A stretch of DNA of 63,434 nucleotides, filler included, from Folioceros fuciformis (taxonomy: Eukaryota): assembly GCA_049999805.1 (NCBI GenBank). It is 6 parts of 6 records of this genome, joined end to end, with 100 filler letters (N's around TTAATTAATTAA, not from the genome) between each part and the next. Parts side by side here need not be neighbours in the genome. Positions count along the whole stretch, not along the records: positions 37,065 to 46,440 come from JBNGIO010004565.1; positions 46,541 to 55,041 come from JBNGIO010004568.1; 4 more parts are not named here. One strand, written 5' to 3'. A model generated the notes under the pieces. That model was not told where the DNA came from and did no database searches. It saw nothing but the letters and a program-made list of their open reading frames with translations. This document shows, piece by piece, positions 42,730 through 54,355 of this stretch; position 1 is the first letter of the stretch; each line of letters starts with the position of its first letter. Both the position numbers and the translations under genes were made by a program.

Positions 42730-45050
42730 TAAGAAGATATGTAGGTATGTATACCAGATTTATCTGACTTGTTGATACTGCATGTCGTAAGAAGTGGTGG
42801 TGCACTTCTATGTGCTTGGTTCTTGCATGAAGAACTGGGTTTTGAGCAAGTGAAAGGGCAGACTGATTATCGCATTAGATTGTTGTTGGTTGTGTCTGCT
42901 CCTGGCCCAAAACCATATGCCCTCAACCATATGCCCTCCTTTGTTGCTTGAGTGAGGGCAGAATACTCTGCCTCAGTCGAGGATAATGATACTGTGACTT
43001 GCTTTTTCGAAGACCAGGTGATTACCTCTCCAGCTAGCAAGAATGCGTATGCGGAGACAGACTTTCTGGTGTAGGTAAAGAGATGTCGAGCCTGGTGTGA
43101 TTAGAGCAAAAGATAAGTGACCCCACTGCTTGTGAATAGGGAACCCCTTCCATTTCCTGCTTATCTGCTGCTACAACTGGTGACTGCTCCAGGCTTAGCT
43201 TACAGCCTGCTTCCATGGGTGTTGCAGCTGGCTTGGCATCTGTCAACTTGTACTTATGTAACATGTCAAATATGTATTTCTCCTGATGTATGATGAGTGT
43301 GCCACTTGACAGGTCACGGAGCAGCTGTGTACCCAAGCAATAGGACAGCTCCCCAATATCAACCATGTCAAACCTTCCAGATAAGAGAGCCTTCACTATG
43401 TTGATGCCTTCTAGGTCAGTGCCCAGTAAACTACAGTCATCAACATACAAAGCTAACACTACGAATCCTGTTTTGTCTTGTAGAAAGTACACGTTGGAAT
43501 CAGCATCGCTTTTGGAAAAACCAAGATCCAGCAGAAACTCGTCGATGCACTGGTACCAAGCTCTAGGTGACTACTTCAACCCGTAAATAGTCTTCAGCAG
43601 TTTACAAACCCAGTCCTCCCGTCCTGCAGCTTCGTATCCCTCTGGCTGCGCCATATAGATTTCTTCCTCCAACTTGCCATGAAGAAAGGCTGTTTTCACA
43701 TCCATCTGGTGGATGAACAGGGAGAAGAATGCTCACATGGCGAACAGGGCACGGAGGGACTGTGCCTTCACCACCGGAGAAAAGGTATCATGGTAGTCTA
43801 GTCCTGGGACTTGGGAGAACCCTCTAGCTACTAAGCGTGCTTTGTACCTCGCTATAGACCCATCAGCTTTATACTTCAATTTAAACACCCACTTACAGCT
43901 AACTACCTTCCTCCCCTTAGGCGGGGGACAAAGCTCCCATGTGTGATTGTGAAGCAGGGAGTCATATTCAGAAGTAACGGCAGCAATCCAGTGACGTGAA
44001 TCAGGACCTGTAACAGCCTCCTGATAGCGCTGTGGCTCATAGCCAGGCTGGACAGCAAGGTGAGAAAACTCGGCAACCATCTCATCTGGATTTGCTCCCA
44101 CTGCACGAGGAATTGGAAGAGTCCTACGTGCTTGCCAGTCTTCTGCCTCATAAGGTTGTTCCCGCCATTGATCTCTGCCCCGATGTGTTCTCTCTGATCT
44201 GCGAGGTTGAACTGCAGGAAGATTAGGTGGGCAAACAAAATATTCAACGGGGTCGTCAACATCTGGATCAGTAAGGGCAAGAAGTACGGGGGCAGATCTT
44301 CAACTGAGCCAACGTCATCACAGCTGGAGGATTAGGATCAGGGTGAACTGGCACAGCAGGTGGGACTGCAGGGTCATGTCCGCCAGGTTGAGAGGGATCA
44401 ACAGCAGGAAAATCCACAATATCCATCATGTCTGGGTCCACATCCTCTACTTGACCTTCTGGTGATTCATGAACTTCCAGGTCAGGAACAATGTCTGAGT
44501 CATGAGGAGTGGTAAGAACAGTGCGTTCATCGAACACTATTGTGAGCATGGACAACTCGACAAGAAGATGGCTCAAACAGCTTATACCCATGGATACCAG
44601 GTGTGTATCCTATGAACACGTGTCTCTTAGATTTGAAAGCAAACTTCTGTCTAAGCTTATCTGGAATATGAGCATAAGCTGTGCTGCCGAAAACCCTGAA
44701 ATGTGAAATGTCAGGCTTCACTCCTATCTAGGACTCAAACGGTGTACAGTCAGGAAGAGAAGACACTGCAAGCCGATTCTGGAGATAAGTAGCTGCCTGA
44801 ACAGCTTCAGCCAAGAAACGAATAGGCAGCCTCCCCTGAAATAGCAAAGCCCTTGCAGCATCCTGGATTGTTCTATGTCGGCACTCTGCTCTTTCATTCA
44901 TGTCAGAATGATAGGGAATAGTCAGCTGCCTTGTAATACCATGTTCTTGACAAAACTCCTGGAATGGTATAGACAAGTACTCCTTCCCATTATCCGAACG
45001 GATGCACTTAAGTTTATAACCTGTTTGACGTTCAGCATATGCCAAGTACC
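42730..45050 (-). mobile_element. Ty1/copia pol fragment (integrase-RT-RNase H), degraded
   Basis: CIRSDNGKEY, HFRVFGSTAYAHIP, CKWVFKLK..YKARLVARGFSQ, LYVDD, SSTEAEY, HARTKHIEVHHH. Confidence 0.93.
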
Positions 45051-45546
45051 TAGCAAAAGGGAGGGAAGGAATCCATAAGAGCTAGGAGTAATGAAGTAAG
45101 GTGCATCACAATATTTTCTGCTGGTTTCTCGACACAAGTGCTTAATGTTTATTTAATGGCCACACAATGCACTCCACAAATCAACTTCTAGAAAATGTAG
45201 CTCAACTAGAAATCAATTGCTATGTATTAAAGCGAGTACTACTTAAGTGCGCTACACTTTTAGGGCTTAGGCATTAGTCAAAAAACTTGAGATGCATGTT
45301 GCATACAAGGCACATTACGTTGTGCTAGTGACACTATCTTCTTTTTTAAACAGCTCCTAGCATGATGAAAGAGTAGATAGGAGACATCTTAGACGATGGC
45401 CAACTACTAGGTGGCAAAATGTGATATTAAGACGATGCTATCACAAGAGACATGGAGACATATAAATGTCTATGCCTCTCTTTATTCACATAAAGAAGTT
45501 CTTCAGTCCAACCCTAATACAATATATACAAAATTAACTACTGCTC

Positions 45547-45620
45547 ATAATATAATATAATATAATATAATATAATATAATATAATATAATATAATATAA
45601 TATAATATAATATAATATAA
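45547..45620. repeat. (ATAAT)n pentanucleotide microsatellite; shorter counterpart at ~37496-37518
   Basis: Direct reading. Confidence 0.95.
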
Positions 45621-47427
45621 TGATATACTAAATCTCCACAACTCGCTAGATAAGGCTTTCCATAGCTCTTATGATATGCTCACTAGCTAAGCTCTCCATA
45701 GCTCTTGATGCAATGATAAGCTCGGTGCCTAAGCTCTCCACTTCCCTCAAGGTAAGACCTATTGCTCTTGATTCAATCGTAAGTGAGTCAGTTCGTTAAA
45801 CTTTCCACATCCGTCAAGGTAGGGCNNNNNNNNNNNNNNNNNNNNNNNNNNNNNNNNNNNNNNNNNNNNNNNNNNNNNNNNNNNNNNNNNNNNNNNNNNN
45901 NNNNNNNNNNNNNNNNNNNNNNNNNCGTCAAGGTAGGGCTTGCAGCGCACACGAGCTTGCCTGCCCGCTAGACGAGGAAATGAGTCTACGCTGAAAATCC
46001 TAACTCTTGGTCTTTTATAGCTGGCCTCCATGAGACAGCTCCCCAGCAGTCCTATGTAAGTGGTTGTTGCAGTTTTCTATTAGAAGAATGCATTAAGCAG
46101 AGCATTCATCTTCTCCACAAAATACAGGAGCTGATACATCAATTTCCACTTCAGTCGTTTCCACCTTTCTGCCTACTACTGTATGACGCCAGATACCAAC
46201 TGACGCTGTCTGTCCTGGCGCGGGACCACCGACCGGGCCCGGGCCAGAGGTAGGGCTTGGCATTCCTCGTCCCTGTCATATGCCAGACCTGATTCATCTA
46301 TGTGCGGAGCCACGTTTCCTCATCCATGTCCAGCAAGTGGAGGATGTGGCAGATCTCCTGCAATTGAACGTGTTCAGGATGAAGTCAAAAACGTGTGGAG
46401 ATGCCTGAGTTGATCATGGCGGCACAAGTTGGCTAGCTGCNNNNNNNNNNNNNNNNNNNNNNNNNNNNNNNNNNNNNNNNNNNNTTAATTAATTAANNNN
46501 NNNNNNNNNNNNNNNNNNNNNNNNNNNNNNNNNNNNNNNNTACATGTGATAATATCGGTGGACCCCAAGCAATAGTATAGGGCAAGATGGCCGGCGGGGT
46601 GGTAATGTGGATCGAAATTCCGGGTCCAGCATCTCGCCAACGAGGAGGGTGCAGAAGGGGTAACACGAGCTCTCCTATTCTGAGGTGTGTTCCTCTAGAG
46701 AGGAGGAGGATGACACACTAGTGCGTCCATGGCGAGGTGCCACTCGTGGCAGACAACCGTCTCTCACTCACCATGAGGGTCTCATAGCAGTGTTAATCGG
46801 TGTATCTCTGAAACACTACCAAACCTTAACCCCTACAATGTACAGGTAGGTCCCTGGACATGGCTACGTTCAATACGGGAATTTATGGTAGATTCCACCG
46901 TATATTCTCATATATCAAAAAAAAAAAAGGCGTCTAAGGCGTGTTTGAATTGGTATTCCATACAAGGAGTCTGTACTTTCTTCAAAATAATAGGCCCATA
47001 GATTACTAGAGTATGGAATACCGATATGGTTAGCTAGTTTTCACACAAACTTTACCGCGGCATATATGGTTCAAACTTTTTGGACGTAATAGATGTGCTC
47101 GCTTCGGTCGTAGGGCACAAAGTAGGTGTCCTGATTAGGATACCTATTTTGTGATNNNNNNNNNNCGTAGGGCACAAAGTAGGTGTCCTGATTAGGATAC
47201 CTATTTTGTGATAATATTTTATCCCTCACGTTCGGATCAGTTACGTGTTATAATATTTGGGGACAGCAAGCAATGGTGCAGAGCAAGTGATAATATCCGA
47301 GGGACCCTAGGCAATGGTGCAGATCAAGTCATAATATCCCAGGGACCCCAAGCAATGGTGCAGAGCAAGACGGCTGGCGGGGTGGTGATGAAAACTACCT
47401 CTCGCTCGCCCTGAAGGTCTCAGGGCG

Positions 47428-47792
47428 GTGTCAATCGGTGCATCTCTGAAACACTACCAAACCCTGCCGTGTCAATCGATGCATCGCTGAAACACTACCA
47501 AACCCTGCCGTGTCAATGGGTGCATCTTTAAAACACTACCAAACCCTGCCGTGTCAATCGATGCATCTCTGAAACACTACCAAACCCTGCCGTGTCAATC
47601 GGTGCATCTCTAAAACACTACCAAACCCTGCCGTGTCAATCGGTGCATCTTTAAAACACTACCAAACCTTGTTGTGTCAATCGGTGCATCTGTAAAACAC
47701 TACTAAACCCTACCATGTTAATCAGTGCATCTTTGAAACACTACCAAACCCTGCAGTGTCAATCGGTGCATCTCTAAAACACTACCAAACCC
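47428..47792. repeat. 41-bp minisatellite x9 within a larger degenerate direct repeat (~46547-46970 vs ~47288-48190)
   Basis: GTGTCAATCGGTGCATCTCTGAAACACTACCAAACCCTGCC at 41-bp period; single copy at ~46791. Confidence 0.93.
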
Positions 47793-49129
47793 TAACCCCT
47801 GCGAACCCTCGACATGTTTCATCCTGATTTTTTATGATGAGGGTGCATGAACCCAAATAAAAAACATACTATGTGTCTGTATGGATCCACATGCCCGCAG
47901 AGAAAAAAAGTCCCTCTACGGACGGTGTACATGTAGGTCCCTCTACAGTATACAAGTAGGTCCTCTATCGTGTAGANNNNNNNNNNCATGTAGGTCCCTC
48001 TACAGTATACAAGTAGGTCCTCTATCGTGTAGAGGTAGGTCCCTCTAAGGTATACAAGTAGGTCCCGTGACGTGGCTATGTTCAGTATGGGAATCTGTGG
48101 TAGATTCTACTATATATTCTCATAAAAATATGTAATCCAACAAAAAAAAAATCAGTGTCCAAGCCGTGTCCGAATCGGTATTCCATACTAGAGACTTCTA
48201 CATACAATAGTGTGATATTAAATGTTAAAAAGAATAAAAATAAAATAAAGGGTGAAGGTGAGAAGGAACACCTAACTTTCTTATCTCAAATTCCAGCACT
48301 TATTGCTAACAAAACATTATAAGCGAGCAGAACAACAGACAGTTTGCAAAGCGCAGAGGAAGAAGAGAAAGGACCAATCGAGAGACCCCTTAAGGAGGCA
48401 TAGCATGGCTTTCTGGCACAGTAGAGTATTCAAGCCACCCATCTCCATGGCTAGTTCAGACTTGTGAACGGCATGGCCTTAAAAAGATGAGCAAACGTGC
48501 TACCAAAAAGTGGAAATGACTAATGGCGTGGCCTGACCTTGGTAACATGAGAAAGGCTGCGGCAGATATTTTTCCGAAGGTAAGAGTGACTGATGCTGTG
48601 CCCAGGGGCCTACATACATACATCTCCTTGTCCCTCGAGATGCGTCCCGCTCTAGGGTGGGCTGCCCACCGCACAAGCCCTTCCTCCTCCCGTACTGAGA
48701 AATACATGCAGTTCTCTCCGCACTTCGAAAAAACGGCTCTGACAACCCTAGGTCCTTGAGGTCGAGATTCAAGATTGCGACATCGAGATCGAATGAAGCT
48801 TCGGATCGAGATTCGATGGTCCTGTAGTGGAAAAGGCAGGCTCCCCCGCATTCTTGTCCCAGGCTAAGGCTACGCCTTACAATTCGAGATCGTTGGCCAT
48901 TCTAGGGTTGACGGTCGATATTCCGCAAGGAGAGAGATTCATTCGCATCTGTTGTGCTCCGTTACGGTGTTAGGCGGATCAGTGTTAAGCGCGCTGTCCA
49001 TGGCTCAGCTTGGAAAGGGATGGAACTAACCAAGTACTTTGCCCTCCAAAAGCTAAAAGCAATATTCCCTGGCGTACCCACTTGAGCACTGGCTACCTGA
49101 CTACCTGGCTACCTGGCTCTTCGTTGTTC

Positions 49130-52033
49130 TCAAGGCCGACCCTTACAACTGCAACAACCAGCTGCGAATCGATGCACACGGTACCCATCTCTCACCACAA
49201 TGTCTCTCTGTTCAAGCCTTGACATTATCTCCGTGGAACTGTGGCAGTCACTGCACATGCGCAGATTCTTAGTTACCACGAGTGGTGTCCCACTCGGGGT
49301 GTTCAAGAGACCAAACGCCAGAGCTAGCTTCTCAGCGTGCCCGCAAAGTAGATCTTCCTTTTCCATCTCAGACATCGGCTTCAACACCAACTTTGTGTGG
49401 GGAACGTGCCCTCCTTCCTGCTGCACACGTGCACTTGTTCTCTCTGCCTGAAGTGCGATATCCTCACTTCTTTCTCCCACCAAAAATCTGTGTACTTCCT
49501 TTTTCACCTCAATGGTTGCCACTGCAGGTTTCTTGTTAGCTCCTGCTATTTTCCTCTGCGTTTCAATCCTGTCTACATCGGTCCACATACCTGCGTCCGC
49601 ATAGGCATTGGCCATGAGCACATAGGCGGGCCCCTCCTGAGGGTCCAGCCTAACAATGCTTTCAAAACACCACCTTGCCCTGTCTATATCTCCATGGGTT
49701 TTGCAGGCATTCAACAAAGACCTCAATCCTACAACGTTACATTGGGAATCGGACGATAATAATCGCATCTTCTCTGCTAGCATCTTCTGTGCCTCATCTA
49801 AATGGCCTGCACGCCCAAGAAGATCAATCATGCAATTGTAATGCTCAGGAGTAGGTTTGATGCCGTGCTGCTCGGCCATGGACTCCAAGAGCTTGCGACC
49901 GTTGTGGACCAGTCCCCCATGACTGCATGCTACTAAAAGGCACGTAAAAGTAACATCATTCGGCTGAAAACCGGCAAGCAACATCTCCTCAAAGCAAGCT
50001 AGTGCCTTATGAGCTTCATCACAGGTACCATAGCCAGATATCAGGGCGGTCCATGTCACAACGTCTTTCGTCTTCATGCTGTCAAAAACCTGGCGTGCGT
50101 CTTCCACTTCCCCACATTTTCCATACATGTCCACCAAGCAGTTGCCCACCAATACGTTATCCAGCAGTCCTCTCTCCACAATCTCCGAGTGCAGCTGCCT
50201 TCCCTTCTGTAAGGCACCGGTGCTTGCACAGGCTTTCAGAAGGCAAGCGAAAGTAACAGGGTTGGGCAAAATGAGGCCTTCTTTTTTCATCTGTTCATAC
50301 ACTACAAACGCCTCTTGGCAGAGTCCTTGCTGTGCATACCCACATTTTGCATACATGTCTACCAGACAATTGCCCAAGACTACATCATCCAGCAATCCTC
50401 TTTCAGCAATCTGTGTGTGCAGCTGCCTGCCCTTTTCTATGGCGCCGGTGCTTGTACAGGCTTTCAAAAGGCAAGCAAAAGTGACACGGTCAGCTACAAC
50501 CAGGCCCTCCTCCTCCATTTGTCCATACACACCAAGCGCCTCATGGCCGAGGCCTTGCTGTGCATACCCAGCAATCAGGGAATTCCATGTCACCACATCC
50601 TTTCTGACCATGCTGTCAAACACCCGGCGCGCATCAGTCATTTCACTACATTTTGCATACATGTCCACGAGGCAGTTGCCCAACACTACGTTATCCAGCA
50701 TTCCTCTTTCTACAATGTGTGAGTGCAGCTGCCTGCCCTTCTGCACGGCACCAGTGCTTGCACACGCCTTCAGAAGGCAAGCAAAAGTAACCTGGTCAGC
50801 CACAATGAGGCCCTCCTGCTCCATTCGTCCATACAAAGCAAGCGCCTCTTGACCGAGTCCCTGCTGTACATACCCAGCAATCAGCGCTGTCCATGTCACC
50901 ACATCCTTCGTAGCCATGCTGTCAAAAACCTGGCGTGCATCTTTCATCCTTCCACATTTTGCATACATGTCCACCAGGCAGTTGCCAACAAACAAGTTAG
51001 AAGGAATCCCACTTCGCACCACATCGTGGTGAACTTGTCTGCCGGATTCAAAGTCGGCAGCAAACGCACAAGCCTGAAGGGCAGCTACAAAGACGTGACC
51101 ATTCGCCTTCACCCCGGACCTGCGCATCTCACGGTAGAGTTGTATGGCCTCCTTCGGTTTCCCATGCTTGGCATGAGCAGAGATTATGGAAAACCACATG
51201 AAGACATTTGGTTTGCCCACCCTGGTGAACACATCCATGGCCTCCTGCAGCCTACCCTCACATGCATACATGCGCAAGATATGGTTCCCCAAGAACGCAC
51301 TCGCCTCGTATCCAAGTTTGGCAGCGACATGATGAACACGACGCCCCACAACCAAATCCTTCTTAGCTGTGCACAGTTTCAGCACAGTATACAACACAGA
51401 GAGAGAAACAGCACCGTCCGTCTGCGCCAGGGATTCCAGTGCTCCCACGGCCTCCGAGAGCTTCCCCTGCTGACATAACGTGCTCACGGTAACAGCAGCA
51501 ACGACGCCCATACCCGATCCCGCACGTGGAAGTAATGGACTCCTTACACTGCTGAAGCTGGCTCCCAGTTCCGAACCTGCACACCGTCCAGGTTCCGCAT
51601 CACCTGGAGCGGCAACATCACCCATGTGCACATCCAAGGAATCCCGCAGCTCATCATCAACCCAAACTGGCTTTAACCTCCTATCTCCCCACAGCACCTC
51701 GCCGGACCCCTTCTGACCAGGGAAACGGGAACTCTTGTAATCTCGTCTCTTGTCCCACCAAAGAGCCGGGTCCAGAAAAAATTCTTCCCACAAGTGCTCC
51801 GGCTCCCGGCAACGACCATCCCTGGAAACCCCGTCCCCATCCACACTCTCTCTCAGATGCGGAAGCGCTACGCTCCTTACACCGCTGCACCCGGCCGAAT
51901 TGCTCGCCAGGCGCCGATTCCCCGCAGCAGCTCCTCGTAGAATCCCTCTACACACACAAATTCGTGGAGTCCCGCCTGAAATCCAACGAAGTGCCAAGAA
52001 AAGGAAAGAAGCTTCAGCCCCGGGTGCGGCCAT
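49130..52033 (-). CDS. PLS-class PPR-DYW:KP (GRP-type) RNA-editing factor with N-terminal PDF-like motif, 967 aa
   Basis: Single ORF: Arg/Ala/Ser-rich targeting-like N-terminus, W-rich motif at aa ~81-129, ~16 PLS motifs, E1/E2, KPAVA in place of the PG box, CGHAEK, LRMCSDCH, HRF..CSC, C-terminal GRP. Confidence 0.93.
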   Translation of the reverse strand: MAAPGAEASFLFLALRWISGGTPRICVCRGILRGAAAGNRRLASNSAGCSGVRSVALPHLRESVDGDGVSRDGRCREPEHLWEEFFLDPALWWDKRRDYKSSRFPGQKGSGEVLWGDRRLKPVWVDDELRDSLDVHMGDVAAPGDAEPGRCAGSELGASFSSVRSPLLPRAGSGMGVVAAVTVSTLCQQGKLSEAVGALESLAQTDGAVSLSVLYTVLKLCTAKKDLVVGRRVHHVAAKLGYEASAFLGNHILRMYACEGRLQEAMDVFTRVGKPNVFMWFSIISAHAKHGKPKEAIQLYREMRRSGVKANGHVFVAALQACAFAADFESGRQVHHDVVRSGIPSNLFVGNCLVDMYAKCGRMKDARQVFDSMATKDVVTWTALIAGYVQQGLGQEALALYGRMEQEGLIVADQVTFACLLKACASTGAVQKGRQLHSHIVERGMLDNVVLGNCLVDMYAKCSEMTDARRVFDSMVRKDVVTWNSLIAGYAQQGLGHEALGVYGQMEEEGLVVADRVTFACLLKACTSTGAIEKGRQLHTQIAERGLLDDVVLGNCLVDMYAKCGYAQQGLCQEAFVVYEQMKKEGLILPNPVTFACLLKACASTGALQKGRQLHSEIVERGLLDNVLVGNCLVDMYGKCGEVEDARQVFDSMKTKDVVTWTALISGYGTCDEAHKALACFEEMLLAGFQPNDVTFTCLLVACSHGGLVHNGRKLLESMAEQHGIKPTPEHYNCMIDLLGRAGHLDEAQKMLAEKMRLLSSDSQCNVVGLRSLLNACKTHGDIDRARWCFESIVRLDPQEGPAYVLMANAYADAGMWTDVDRIETQRKIAGANKKPAVATIEVKKEVHRFLVGERSEDIALQAERTSARVQQEGGHVPHTKLVLKPMSEMEKEDLLCGHAEKLALAFGLLNTPSGTPLVVTKNLRMCSDCHSSTEIMSRLEQRDIVVRDGYRVHRFAAGCCSCKGRP

Positions 52034-52458
52034 CGTTCAGGGACCAGCGATGGAGGCGCATTGACAGGACCAGGCCGCTGTGAAACGCGTCGTCGCAACG
52101 CGCACTGACCCACAGCCTCCACCGCAGCCAGGCCAGGGTTGGAGGACACACCTGGACGGCGAATGGGCATGCGTACAGAGCTCCAGGGCAGTGACAATTG
52201 CCCTGCAGAACAGCAAGGACGCACAGGACTAGAACAAAATTCTTGCTTCCTTCCCCCACACCGGATCCCATCACAACTGGGGACACAAGCCCCCCCGGAC
52301 CGGATCCGTGCCTGGATGGGTCACCTCCTGGATGTTCCAAGCTCCTCGTCCTCTCCACTAGGTCCCTTCATCCATCCTCCCCGTCTCCCGTCTCCCGTCT
52401 CCCATACAGTAGTATGGTACTCACTCGATGGGCATGCGTTATGGGTATATGGATGTAA

Positions 52459-52546
52459 TGTATGTATGTATGTATGTATGTATGTATGTATGTATGTATA
52501 GTATAGTATAGTATAGTATAGTATAGTATAGTATAGTATAGTATAG
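52459..52546. repeat. Compound microsatellite (ATGT)n-(ATAGT)n
   Basis: Direct reading. Confidence 0.95.
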
Positions 52547-54355
52547 TGTAGTATGCTGCATTTGCATGCACGACCATGTAGGCGCAGCCCCGTGTGGACG
52601 CCCTTCCAAAGAATCTCCCTTTTCAGGTACAGTGCACGAAGTCTAGTGCTTTTTTATGAAAAAGTATTACCCGTATTTATTTACTCACCATTTTGTGATC
52701 TTGTTGAGGCCAAGGGTATTTCTATCCACCGGAATAACACCACCTCCTTAGCACCCATTTGCCCATTTGCCCCTTTGTGTTGTAGAGCAATGATACATAC
52801 ACGTGAGCCTTGTCTCCTCCATAGGAACAATGCAAACATAAGATCCTTGTCTCTTCTCCTTTGCAGGGACAAGAACCATACACATACACACGAGCTCTTG
52901 TTATTAACTGTCCAAGCTCTTTGCACTACCTTGCCCTCATATCACAAGTCTTCAAGTCTTTCTCCTTTCGATAAGCTTCACTTCTATTCTATTTGCTCTA
53001 AGTACATACTATTATCAACTTTGCTTTGCTTCATGTAACTTCATGAGACTCGCCAAGGATGTATGAGCAAAACCCAAACCCAAATCCCTCATCAAAAGTG
53101 TGACTACCTATCAACATTGAGAATGACTTCTGGGCCCCTTTGCCCTTGACAATGACGCCAAGGCCAAGGATCACTACTCAACTCGAAGAGATTGGAACTG
53201 GAAGCTATCCATATCCCACTCCTAAAGCATGTCATTGTCATGACACCATCTTCTTATCTCTCTTTTTGTTCCAAATGGTTGAGCTTGCTCTTATTAGTGG
53301 AACCATTGGTAATAGTTAATATTACTCGATCTTGAAGTCATGTCATCCTAGGGGCCAATGCTAATGATGTGTTAGTAATGAGTCAATGCAAGGAAGTCAA
53401 GCTAAAATGCATGCTCCTCACCTATTCACATGACATTTGGCAAAATGAAGATCCATGAAGAAGGGAAAGGTTGTAGTCACAAAGCAAGTCAGCAAGTCAG
53501 CATAACAAAGATATCTCGTACAGCGAGATGTGTTGAAAAGCACCTTGAAATATTCATGTTCTAAGCTTCATATTTGAAGTTTGGGATTGTCGAACAAGTT
53601 TGCCTACTATATCTTCATGGTGTGACACTCGAGCAAGAATGTGAAGAAAATGGCTTGACATGAGAGAGAGCCTTACAATATTGAATGTGATAGCACCCAT
53701 GGTAGCAGCAATCCCGGATTTCGTAACCCAACAAATCATAGATGAACTAGGATGATGCAAAACTTGTGCAAGGATGTTAAGAATATGTGTCATTGGATAC
53801 TCATTCTGAGTTTGATACAAAAGGTTTGGTGCTAGATCATTCACACCGTACGCCTATCTCCTTTCCATCCTTTCTAAGAGTCGAGGTTAAGTGAACAAAA
53901 TACTTGTAAGAGGTCATGGGGACGGTGAGCCGCATCAACCTCACTTCCTAGCCACATGGGCAAAGGAAACCAAGTCCTTGTAAACCCGCGAGATGCAGAG
54001 CTTCTCCCATTTGCCAGCATTTGGGTCTTGGAGTCTTGTGCTTGCCTCCTATTAGCGTTGAAGAAATATGCCCTCACAAGTAGCCTATCCTGAGCCGATA
54101 AAATTACATCAAGATTTAATCTATCGAGGATGAGAATCTTTGTTTGTTGCAATAATGGAGGTAAGGTGGGGTTCGACACTGAATCGGGAATCCCGATTAG
54201 GGGGGGCGAAATATTAATAGGTTGGGTGTCCCCATCGGGAACCAGCGACGCCAGTCCACGCCAGTTTTGTGTGGCATTGTTTGGTGCAGCAACTTGGGGT
54301 CGCCGACTCCCATTTGTTTTCCAGCTCCGTCTGTCCTGCTTGGGCCCGTGGGGTG

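Larger units (their letters stand above)
37065..46214. mobile_element. Large foldback / long-TIR structure: inverted arms 37065-37953 vs 45050-46214 and ~38885-40246 vs 41155-42099
   Basis: 37065 GACAGACAGCGTCAATTGG matches the reverse complement ending at 46214; 40200-40246 matches the reverse complement of 41155-41200. Arms are similar but diverged. Confidence 0.85.

Noticed and set aside
50076-51478. Long plus-strand ORFs opposite the PPR genes (also 31239-33807) and ECA
   Set aside because: Antisense shadows of codon-biased repetitive CDS with no independent domain.
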